32,000 bases of DNA, taken from the NCBI RefSeq assembly GCF_000698785.1, contig NZ_CP007536.1, positions 180,001-212,000 on the forward strand, in the 5' to 3' direction. The number at the start of each line of letters is the position of its first letter. Within the stretch, counting starts at the first letter, position 1. Below are positions 14,385 through 22,177 of this stretch, piece by piece. The DNA comes from Nitrososphaera viennensis EN76. Its GTDB lineage: Archaea > Thermoproteota > Nitrososphaeria > Nitrososphaerales > Nitrososphaeraceae. The notes beneath the pieces are model-generated. The model made no database searches. It saw only the letters and a list, made by a program, of their open reading frames with translations, and was not told the DNA's origin. The translations under genes were made by a program, and so were the position numbers.

Positions 14385-14597
14385 TTACGCGGGCCTCGTT
14401 ATCACTATATCGCCGGTCAGGTCGTCAAGCCTGTCCTTTGCGGCGTTTGTTACGTTCTCTATCACCGGGTTGTCGCCTATCTTTTTGGCGCCCTGGACTA
14501 TGCCGGAAAAGAAGGTCTGCCACCCAAGGCCGATGATCGCAAGGACTACCACTCCCACCACTATCCACGTCAATAGTCCCATGTCGTAGATGCGCAT
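14385..14597 (-). CDS. small membrane protein
   Basis: 70 codons with one clear TM helix (LLTWIVVGVVVLAIIGLGW). Lies 20 nt upstream of rnhA on the same strand. Confidence 0.5.
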   Translation of the reverse strand: MRIYDMGLLTWIVVGVVVLAIIGLGWQTFFSGIVQGAKKIGDNPVIENVTNAAKDRLDDLTGDIVITRPA

Positions 14598-14710
14598 AAA
14601 ACGGTATTAAGAATTCAGGAAAAAGGTTCTGTAAGTATCAGCTAAATTAGAGCTAGAGGTGAATTTGGCAGCTGTCGATGCCTTTTCTTTGCTCCGTGCG
14701 ACTATTGCCG

Positions 14711-14863
14711 ATGGCCATCTCCGGCTACAGACACACGGATGACAAGAGGAGCAGGCAGGAGCTGATGGAAGAGATAGCGAGGCTGAAGGAAAAGCTAAGG
14801 GCAAAGGACGAGGAAATAGCACTTCTCAAGAAAAGGCTTGCGCTTTACAAGGCGTTGAAATGA
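14711..14863 (+). CDS. small coiled-coil protein (weak)
   Basis: From the ATG at 14711: heptad-like RQELMEEIARLKEKLRAKDEEIALLKKRLALYKALK. Confidence 0.35.
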   Translation: MAISGYRHTDDKRSRQELMEEIARLKEKLRAKDEEIALLKKRLALYKALK

Positions 14864-14908
14864 GGCGAAAGAAAAAGAAAGAGGAGGGGATGGGGGCGGT
14901 TATCCGCC

Positions 14909-15736
14909 TTAACCCATCGTGAAGACGACCTGGACGTTCATCGTGACCTGCTGCTGGCCCGGAACTATCGGGGTTGTTGGCGCTCCGCCGTCTGCGCTTG
15001 CGGCAAATTCCTTAAAGTAGACCGGGAAGTAGACGTCGTTGAGGTTTATCGCGTGGACGCCTGTAACGTTCATGTCTACTGCGCTTGCCGCCTTGTCTGC
15101 ACGGCTCCTTGCGTTGTCGATTGCCTTCTCGATGAGGCTGTCGCGGATCTCCTGCTGCCTTGCCTCGGAGATGAAGAAGTACGCGCCGTTCACGTTGTTC
15201 GCGCCTGCGCCTACCGCCGCGTCGATTATCTTGCCGATGTCAGAGCTTGCGTCAGCCGTCACTGTGACAGAGTTGACTGCCCTGTAGCCTGTGATCTCGC
15301 TCCTCGGCTTGCACTCCGGGGGCTGCGGGTAGATTTCGATGCATACCGGGCTTACCATGTCGTACACTGGGTAGATACTGTAGTGGCTGGTGGCGATCTG
15401 GCTGTCGGCGATTCCAAGTGCCTTGAGCGCGTCAATCACCTTCTGCATCAGCTCGGCGTTTGCGGCCGCTGCTTCTTCTGCGGTCGTGCCGTTTGTCTCG
15501 ACGCCTATGGTCACGCTGACTTTGTCAGGTTCCACGCTGGTGCTTGCGGTGCCCGTCGTGCTCACTGTAGGCTTGGTGTTATTGCCATTGCTGTTGCCGT
15601 TGTTCTGCGTTGGCTGCTGTTGTGCAGCTGCTGTCATTGACTGGCCGCCAAGTATGCTGGCTGCCACAAGGCCGATTGCAAGTATGCCTGCAATCAGCAC
15701 AAGATTGCGGTTATTCTTCATGTTCTGGTATGACAT
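14909..15736 (-). CDS. SIMPL/DUF541 family secreted protein
   Basis: N-terminal TM/signal segment and a Q/N/T-rich linker. Then VEPDKVSVTIGVETNGTTAEEAAAANAELMQKVIDALKALGI...GYRAVNSVTV, typical of the SIMPL (26 kDa periplasmic immunogenic protein) domain. Confidence 0.7.
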   Translation of the reverse strand: MSYQNMKNNRNLVLIAGILAIGLVAASILGGQSMTAAAQQQPTQNNGNSNGNNTKPTVSTTGTASTSVEPDKVSVTIGVETNGTTAEEAAAANAELMQKVIDALKALGIADSQIATSHYSIYPVYDMVSPVCIEIYPQPPECKPRSEITGYRAVNSVTVTADASSDIGKIIDAAVGAGANNVNGAYFFISEARQQEIRDSLIEKAIDNARSRADKAASAVDMNVTGVHAINLNDVYFPVYFKEFAASADGGAPTTPIVPGQQQVTMNVQVVFTMG

Positions 15737-16037
15737 GACGCCCTATATTGCAAGGGCATGATAACTAAGCCTAGGTTTCAGAACGCGTTCCAGAAGGCCG
15801 TTCTACGTTCCAGAACGGCTGTTTTATAGCCAGTTGACGAGCTCCCTTGCAGGTTGTTTTTTGTAAATATTATATCAAAACCTGCAAAAATTATGCATCA
15901 TGGCAGTAGAATACGTTATCTATCGAAGTTAGCCGCAAAAGGTGGAACGCGGGCGCCAAAAAGGAGTGTTCTAAAGTGTAGAATTAAGATGGATCGGTTG
16001 GTTAATAATGACGGTAGAGAGGTTCAGAAAATAGAGA

Positions 16038-18353
16038 ATGGCACGTTACTCGATGTATGGGATGGCTGGCATTGGAATTGCTGCGGCCATAGGCTTTGTG
16101 CTAGTACTGGGGTCTATCGGTGGCAACATTGCCACCAGGGGTGGGCCGGGCCCCACGACTTTTGTGGGTGGAAATGGCACTACTGCTACTACTGGCATTC
16201 CTCCGGTGTTTACTGTGGCCCCTACCCAGAACATCGCCAAGTTCTCTTCGGTTGACGAGCTGCGGGCGTTCCTGACAAACGTCGAGGCCAGCCGCAACGC
16301 ATTTAGTACCGCGCAGACGGGGATACCTGAAAATTTCAGCAAGTTTAACCTTGGGGCGACTGCTGATTCCGACGCGCGTACAACAGCTCCTCCGGCTCCA
16401 GGTGCAGTCATGGGTCCTTCATCCGCCTCTGGCGAGGCTGCCACATTTACTGAAAACGGCCAGCGTACCGGCGTGTTCTCTGGCACCAACAACCAGGTGG
16501 CCGGAGTCGACGAGCCCGACTTTGTGAAAAACGACGGCAAGTACGCATACGTCTTGTCGGGCGACAAGCTGACTATATCTGACGTGTACCCTCCAGAGAA
16601 CGCCACAATAGTCGCCAAGGTCGGCCTTGACATCAAAAACGGCCAGTACCTGCAAGAGATGTTCCTGAACAACGACACGCTTGTCGTGTTCTACACGGAA
16701 TACGCGCAGGACTATGTAATCCCGCAGTACGAGTTTGCGCCGCAGCCGGTGTACACGCCAAAGACGCACGCCCTCGTGCTCGACGTCTCTGACAGGGCAA
16801 ACCCCAAGACGGTCCACGACTATGTTGTAAGCGGCACGTACCACGACGCCAGGATGATAGGCGACCGCGTGTACCTTGTCACGGCAAGCGACCTGTACAG
16901 CTACCGCCAGCCGCTTGTGCCAAAGATAACCGAGTCGTCAAGGACGGTGGTGGCGCCGGACATCTACTACTTCCAGAACCCTGAGCCGTACTACAACTTT
17001 AACACCGTGACATCAATAGGTTTGTCCGACAAGGATGATATAGATTCCAAGACGTTCATGATGAACCCCGCGTCGACCCTGTACGTGTCGCAGGACAACA
17101 TCTACATCGCCTACCCGAAATACCTGCCGTACAACTATTACGAGCAGTCAAGCCGCGACCGCTTCTTCAAAGCGGTGGTGCCGCTGTTGCCGCAGGACGC
17201 GCAGGCCAAGGTAAGGGCGGTAGACGCGGATACGTCTGTTCCTGCATCCGACAAGTGGGACAGGATAGCGAGGATCCTTGAAGACACGTACAACGGCATG
17301 TCCGAGTCGGAAAAGACCCAGCTGTTTGACAAGATCCAGAAATCGCTTGCCGACTATGACGCGCAGGCGCAAAAGGACGCGACAAAGACTGTCATACACA
17401 GGATAGCAATCGGGCCAAACGGCGAGATAGACTACGGGGCAAGGGGCGAGGTCCCCGGCAGGCTCTTGAACCAGTTCTCGATGGACGAGAGTGGAGACAG
17501 GTTCAGGGTTGCGACCACGGTCGAGTACTACTCGCCGTACGGGCAGGGCCTGTACAGCAACGTCTACGTGCTTGACAAAGAAAGCATGCAGACGGTGGGC
17601 AAGCTGGAGCAGATACAGCCGGGTGAGACGATGTACTCGACCCGCTTTATCGGCGACAGGCTCTACCTCGTGACGTTCCAGAGGATAGACCCGTTCTTTG
17701 TGATCGACCTTTCGGAGGACACGCCAAAGGTGCTCGGCGAGCTGAAACTGCCCGGATATTCGACGTACCTGCACCCGTACGACGAGGACCACGTGATCGG
17801 CATCGGCAAGGACACCAAGGACAACGGCTATGGTGGCATCACGCAGACTGGAGTAAAGCTGGCGCTCTTTGACGTGTCCGACGTGGCAAATCCAAAGCTG
17901 GTAGACGACTATGTGATACCGGGGCAGGGCACGGACTCGGAAGTGCTCTGGGACCACAAGGCGCTGCTGTTCAGTAAGGAGGAGCCAAACGTGCTTTCCA
18001 TACCTGTTAACACCTATGACGCAGAGGGAAAGTACGCGCCGGACGGCCGCTACATTCCTCCAAAGGTGTGGCGCGGGTTCTACGTCTTTGGCGTGAGCCC
18101 TGACTCGGGAATCGCGCTAAAGGGAACGGTAGAGCACTCCAGCAACGCGACCGACCCGTACTACAATTATTACTACGGCATGCAGGTGAGCAGGTCGTTC
18201 TACATCGGCGACGTGCTGTACACCGTGTCTGCAGGCAACCTGATCAAGATGAACGACATCGACACCCTTGCTGACCTCGGGCAGCTGCAGATAGGGAGCA
18301 CGGGCGACGTGATAAAGTACCCTGTGCCCCTCGACGCGCCACCAAAACAGTGA
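16038..18353 (+). CDS. membrane-anchored extracellular beta-propeller domain protein
   Basis: 771 aa with an N-terminal TM. The stretch TNNQVAGVDEPDFVKNDGKYAYVLSGDKLTISDV and repeated blade-like segments are typical of the archaeal/Firmicute secreted 'Beta propeller' family. Confidence 0.75.
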   Translation: MARYSMYGMAGIGIAAAIGFVLVLGSIGGNIATRGGPGPTTFVGGNGTTATTGIPPVFTVAPTQNIAKFSSVDELRAFLTNVEASRNAFSTAQTGIPENFSKFNLGATADSDARTTAPPAPGAVMGPSSASGEAATFTENGQRTGVFSGTNNQVAGVDEPDFVKNDGKYAYVLSGDKLTISDVYPPENATIVAKVGLDIKNGQYLQEMFLNNDTLVVFYTEYAQDYVIPQYEFAPQPVYTPKTHALVLDVSDRANPKTVHDYVVSGTYHDARMIGDRVYLVTASDLYSYRQPLVPKITESSRTVVAPDIYYFQNPEPYYNFNTVTSIGLSDKDDIDSKTFMMNPASTLYVSQDNIYIAYPKYLPYNYYEQSSRDRFFKAVVPLLPQDAQAKVRAVDADTSVPASDKWDRIARILEDTYNGMSESEKTQLFDKIQKSLADYDAQAQKDATKTVIHRIAIGPNGEIDYGARGEVPGRLLNQFSMDESGDRFRVATTVEYYSPYGQGLYSNVYVLDKESMQTVGKLEQIQPGETMYSTRFIGDRLYLVTFQRIDPFFVIDLSEDTPKVLGELKLPGYSTYLHPYDEDHVIGIGKDTKDNGYGGITQTGVKLALFDVSDVANPKLVDDYVIPGQGTDSEVLWDHKALLFSKEEPNVLSIPVNTYDAEGKYAPDGRYIPPKVWRGFYVFGVSPDSGIALKGTVEHSSNATDPYYNYYYGMQVSRSFYIGDVLYTVSAGNLIKMNDIDTLADLGQLQIGSTGDVIKYPVPLDAPPKQ

Positions 18354-18486
18354 CATATCGCTCTGGCAGATTTTTTTCCTCTGTCACGCCTGCCGGACTT
18401 GCTTTCTATAATAATTTTATAGGCAGGCTAGAAACATCAGAGTTTCTTTTATACGATCAGGCCGATATATTGTACAGATTTTTTTA

Positions 18487-19680
18487 ATGATTCAGGAAGG
18501 CGAGCTCGTATTCATATATGTCTCGGACATTGGAGGGGAGGTCCAGCCAAAGGATCTGGAGGGGAGGCTGGGCGAGTATGGAAGGGCCTGCAGGGAGAAG
18601 GTTCCGGGAGCCTCGTGGATAGAGGAGGGCGTCAGGATCGTGGCCAAGGACGCGGTGGAGGTCTTCGGGATAAAGTCAAGCGTGGAGATCAAGGTCTTTT
18701 CCATAGGGGGAATCCTCGTCCGGATAAACGTGCCGGTAAGGAACAGGGATTTTGCCCAAACGCTAGAGATTATTTCAAGGGCAGAAGGCGATGATGGTGG
18801 CGGTAGTGGCAGCGGCAGTGGTAATGTCGGCAGCAGCGGGGTACTGGCGGTAGTCTCGCAGGGCGCATCTTCCTCCACTTCCTCTTCTTCTACTTCTTCT
18901 TCTACTACTATTCCAATGGCAGAGTTTGCCAGAGACCTTGCCCGCAGGATAAAGGAAGACATCAAGCCCTTCATAACAAGCCCGTATGCCAGCATAGACT
19001 ATGAAGAGAGGTACAGGCTTGTCATGGTCAGGGAGGGCGACAGGGGCCTGATCGAAAAAAGCAGGAAGGAGATAGTCGGCCTGATAAGAAAGGAGCCCTT
19101 TGAGAGGCTCTGCATGGAAGAGGTGGATGAGATATTTGACAATAACCGCTATGCATACCGGGACAACTTTTTTATCGCGGACATTCGTGGGGCGTTTGGC
19201 TTTGCAAAGAACGTAGAGGCTTTTCCCGTGCCAAGGGCGGCAGAGCTCTACCTCCTCCAAAAGCTCCAGCTCAGGGTTTACGACTCGCTCCTTGACGACA
19301 TGCTCGGCAAGTCATACGACATTCTTGCCAAGGCCGAGTTCAAGGCCGACCGCGAGCTGGGCGAGAGGATAAACGACATCCACCTGATGAGGCTGGAGCT
19401 TTTAGAGATAGTCTCGGCCATGAAGGTCGCCAGGGGGAGCCCAAGGGCCCGGATATTCTCTTCTCTGTGCGAGACCCTGGGCGAGGTGTTTGAAGTGCAG
19501 GACCTGGCCGATTCCGTGACAAGAAAACTCGACAGGCTGGGGGAAATCTATACTATGGTCTACGATTCCCTCCAGAACACCCGGTTCATAAAGATGGACA
19601 GGACGATGCTGATGCTGGAAGCAATAATCGTCGTCCTGATAGCAATTGAAATAATTCTTGTGCTGGTTGGCAAATTATGA
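18487..19680 (+). CDS. hypothetical protein with C-terminal TM anchor (possibly RMD1/YagE DUF155-like)
   Basis: 397 aa with an internal G/S low-complexity insert (GDDGGGSGSGSGNVGSSG...SSSTSSSSTSSSTT). The C-terminal helix LMLEAIIVVLIAIEIILVLVGKL resembles DUF155 tails. The family call is tentative. Confidence 0.6.
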   Translation: MIQEGELVFIYVSDIGGEVQPKDLEGRLGEYGRACREKVPGASWIEEGVRIVAKDAVEVFGIKSSVEIKVFSIGGILVRINVPVRNRDFAQTLEIISRAEGDDGGGSGSGSGNVGSSGVLAVVSQGASSSTSSSSTSSSTTIPMAEFARDLARRIKEDIKPFITSPYASIDYEERYRLVMVREGDRGLIEKSRKEIVGLIRKEPFERLCMEEVDEIFDNNRYAYRDNFFIADIRGAFGFAKNVEAFPVPRAAELYLLQKLQLRVYDSLLDDMLGKSYDILAKAEFKADRELGERINDIHLMRLELLEIVSAMKVARGSPRARIFSSLCETLGEVFEVQDLADSVTRKLDRLGEIYTMVYDSLQNTRFIKMDRTMLMLEAIIVVLIAIEIILVLVGKL

Positions 19681-19693
19681 TGCGTTGCAGTAA

Positions 19694-20152
19694 ATGATTT
19701 TAGATAGCGCATTCTACCACAGCCCATATATGTCCACTACAGAAGGAGACTCGGAAATGCCGCCGGCAACTGCAGAATCTGCCGGGGTCGCAGAGCAAGT
19801 GACCGAAACAACACAAGAACAGCAGCCGTCGTCGTCGATGCCTCTGCCAGAGCGCACCGTGACCAACGAGGAGGCCATGATAGCTCAGGCGCTGTCGAGG
19901 ATAAAAAAGAACGCCAGGGTCCTTGAAAAGACCAACAAGATGCTCGGCCAGGTGCTTGACTCGCTCAAAAGGGCCGAAAAAGAAAACGCAGGCCATGCAA
20001 GGGAGATGACGGCGCAGAACAAAAAGCTCGTGTCGCAGATAGCGCAACTGCAAAAGCGCGTCGCCAAGATCAAGAGCGCTGCAGCGCCAAAGCCTGCCCG
20101 GAAAAAGAAGGCGGCCAAAGCCACGGCCAAGTCCAGGCCAAAAAGGCGCTAG
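19694..20152 (+). CDS. hypothetical coiled-coil protein with Lys/Ala-rich basic tail
   Basis: 152 codons lying 13 nt after the previous gene. Acidic N-terminus, coiled coil, then a tail AAAPKPARKKKAAKATAKSRPKRR. An alternative ATG at 19730 is possible. Confidence 0.55.
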   Translation: MILDSAFYHSPYMSTTEGDSEMPPATAESAGVAEQVTETTQEQQPSSSMPLPERTVTNEEAMIAQALSRIKKNARVLEKTNKMLGQVLDSLKRAEKENAGHAREMTAQNKKLVSQIAQLQKRVAKIKSAAAPKPARKKKAAKATAKSRPKRR

Positions 20153-20221
20153 GCAGAATAATCTCAGCAACCGCACAAAAACTGCGGGCCCCAGAATATT
20201 TTCTCTCTCTTTATCTTTTTT

Positions 20222-20251
20222 CAAAAAATAAGAAAAAGGGCGTTAGCCCTT
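20222..20251 (-). terminator. hairpin plus T-rich tract after the blue-copper gene
   Basis: AAGGGC-GTTA-GCCCTT (20236-20251), followed on the minus strand by TTTTTCTTATTTTTTG. It lies 7 nt after the stop at 20258. Confidence 0.55.
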
Positions 20252-20257
20252 GGTTGG

Positions 20258-20938
20258 TTAGTTGACTGCTACCTGGCCTGCCATCCACGGGTGCAGTATG
20301 CAGATATAGTCGTACGTCCCTGCCTTCTCGAACTTGACCGTGAATGTGTCGATAGGTGGGAGTCCTTCCGGAGCCATGCCATTTGGCCAGATAAAGCCCG
20401 AGTTGACGTACTGCTCTGTGCCGACCATGGTGTAGTTGGCGTTTGGCGGCATCGGCATTGCGGTGCCGTCGGATGCAATCGCGACAGGCAAGTAGGCCCT
20501 TGCGTTTGCTCCTATCATCGCCGTGGCGCCGTTGGGTCCTGAGATGGTTACTGGCTGCGAGTTACCCGGCGCAAGCGGGGTGATGCCCGTCGAATTGTTG
20601 ACGACAAATGGAGCTTCGAGGTCTGCCCACTGCGTCTGGTTCAGGATAAACGTCACGGTGTGCGGCTCGCCCACCCTCGTCGGGTTGACCCACGTGACGC
20701 TTTCACCCACCTTTATCGTGGCCTTGGTCGGGAAGAACTTTGTCAAGGGCGCAGTCGCCCCGCCTCCTCCTGCCATTACCTTGAACACGCCGTTCTTGTA
20801 CTCCCTGTGCTTCATGCTAGCTCCTAGCGACTGTGCAACGCTCTGGTCCTTTGCCGCCATCGTCGTCGCCGTGACGGTGCTCACTGCAAGCACCGCGCTG
20901 GCGGCGATGGCAAGCGCAATAATGAGGTACCTGTTCAT
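20258..20938 (-). CDS. type-1 blue copper protein (plastocyanin/azurin-like cupredoxin)
   Basis: Signal peptide MNRYLIIALAIAASAVLAVS. His ligand context GEPHTVTF and C-terminal ligand loop YDYICILHPWMAG (Cys-x2-His-x2-Met). Confidence 0.85.
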   Translation of the reverse strand: MNRYLIIALAIAASAVLAVSTVTATTMAAKDQSVAQSLGASMKHREYKNGVFKVMAGGGGATAPLTKFFPTKATIKVGESVTWVNPTRVGEPHTVTFILNQTQWADLEAPFVVNNSTGITPLAPGNSQPVTISGPNGATAMIGANARAYLPVAIASDGTAMPMPPNANYTMVGTEQYVNSGFIWPNGMAPEGLPPIDTFTVKFEKAGTYDYICILHPWMAGQVAVN

Positions 20939-20993
20939 CAGGCCAGCTCAGAGGCAGGATATCTAAAAGGATACCGCTCTAGAAGAAGAGGCT

Positions 20994-21170
20994 CTACCGC
21001 TTTAGGCTGGCGTTCTTTATCTCGCTCAGAAAGCCAAGAAAGGTTATCTGGTGCTCCTTGCCGCACTTGGAGCACACGAGCGTGCCGCTCTGGGCGTTCT
21101 GGCCGCCGACGACGCGGTCGGTGTACTCGATGAACTTGCCGCAGTCGCACTTGATCTTCTTGATTGCCAC
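20994..21170 (-). CDS. small zinc-ribbon protein (58 aa; below the ORF-track cutoff)
   Basis: My own translation from the GTG at 21170: (M)AIKKIKCDCGKFIEYTDRVVGGQNAQSGTLVCSKCGKEHQITFLGFLSEIKNASLKR-stop (TAG 20994-20996). It has CxC...CxxC and GC3-rich codons. TAATATA lies about 26 nt upstream, consistent with a leaderless start. Confidence 0.5.
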   Translation of the reverse strand: MAIKKIKCDCGKFIEYTDRVVGGQNAQSGTLVCSKCGKEHQITFLGFLSEIKNASLKR

Positions 21171-21354
21171 GGAAAGGCTGTTATCGGTGCCGGTATATTA
21201 TTTTGCGTATTAGGCACTTGACGAATTTTCATTTGAGGTACCTTGTTTCTTGCAAAATCCACACTAATACTTATGATTCTACAATTTTACTTGCAAATAT
21301 ACAACAGCTCACACTTGGCCTGAAATAACCTGCCGGCATACGTTTCCAAAGGAC

Positions 21355-21543
21355 ATGTACAACAAGCAATCGTGCCGCGAGTGCGGCGCCTACTTGACCC
21401 CGCATTCGTTCTGCATGGGATGCCGCGAGCACGTGAGCTGGGAATGCGGCCAGTGCGGCAGGATAGACGACTATACGCACGTCCACAACTATTGCCGGGC
21501 AGCGTTCAAGCGCGAGATCGTGGTCGAGACTGTGCGGGGCTAG
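21355..21543 (+). CDS. small zinc-binding protein (three CxxC pairs)
   Basis: MYNKQSCRECGAYLTPHSFCMGCREHVSWECGQCGRIDDY, 62 codons with an ATG start. Confidence 0.55.
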   Translation: MYNKQSCRECGAYLTPHSFCMGCREHVSWECGQCGRIDDYTHVHNYCRAAFKREIVVETVRG

Positions 21544-21875
21544 CTGTTACTAGTCCTCATGCGCTTGTCGTACGCCTCTATTATGCGCACAAGCGCGTCG
21601 TCCTCCTCCTTTACTGCCGCAAGGAACTCTTCATAATAGCCCCACTTTTTCACCCGCTCGACCGTCTTTGCATAATCTAGGTTGTGCTCCTTTTCCATGG
21701 AGACAACCTCTTTTTCAAGCAGGGGATTGCCTGCCGACCTTATCAGCACCTGCTGGATGAGCAGGCGGTTGTACCTGCTTGAGGCAAAATACCTGCGGTA
21801 GAGGTTCATCCTGTCCTCCCTGCTGCCTGCCTTTTTGAGCTCCTGAAGCTGCAGCTGGAATGTTGTTATCATCAT
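21540..21875 (-). CDS. hypothetical helical protein
   Basis: I trimmed to the ATG-ATG at 21875 (MMITTFQLQLQELKK...). The N-terminal part of the 242-codon ORF overlaps a better small gene in another frame. Confidence 0.5.
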   Translation of the reverse strand: MMITTFQLQLQELKKAGSREDRMNLYRRYFASSRYNRLLIQQVLIRSAGNPLLEKEVVSMEKEHNLDYAKTVERVKKWGYYEEFLAAVKEEDDALVRIIEAYDKRMRTSNS

Positions 21876-21919
21876 CGCCACGTGATGAAAGTTTGCAGTG
21901 TGGGATAAAAACACTTTTT

Positions 21920-22147
21920 TCAGCGCATCGGGATGTAGCCGTCGCGCTCGGCTGAAAAGACCTGCTTTACCTCGGAGTATCCGCGCTCCTGTACAAACGT
22001 CCAGACCTTGCCGCACACGGCGCACGTGATTCGCTTTTCCTTTGACGAGTATTCCAGCTCGTGGTGGCTGCAGCGCACCTGGTACTGGCGCTTGTAGGCT
22101 TCCATCTCGCGCAGCGTGTCGATGTGCCTTGTCGAGTTCTCGGCCAC
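21920..22147 (-). CDS. small zinc-ribbon-like protein
   Basis: 75 codons containing CSHH...CAVCGKVW. Lies between the FlgD-Ig gene (30-nt gap) and the helical-protein gene (44-nt gap) on the same strand. Confidence 0.45.
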   Translation of the reverse strand: MAENSTRHIDTLREMEAYKRQYQVRCSHHELEYSSKEKRITCAVCGKVWTFVQERGYSEVKQVFSAERDGYIPMR

Positions 22148-22177
22148 GGGCGCAGGCGCGCCTGCGCAGAATATAAT

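Noticed and set aside
13819-14589. 256-codon plus-strand ORF
   Set aside because: It is antisense to the clear RNase HI gene and the small membrane protein gene. Its composition is not protein-like.
15854-16255. 133-codon plus-strand ORF overlapping the start of the beta-propeller gene
   Set aside because: It is out of frame with the well-supported 771-aa gene. It has Trp/Cys/His-rich odd composition and spans the promoter region.
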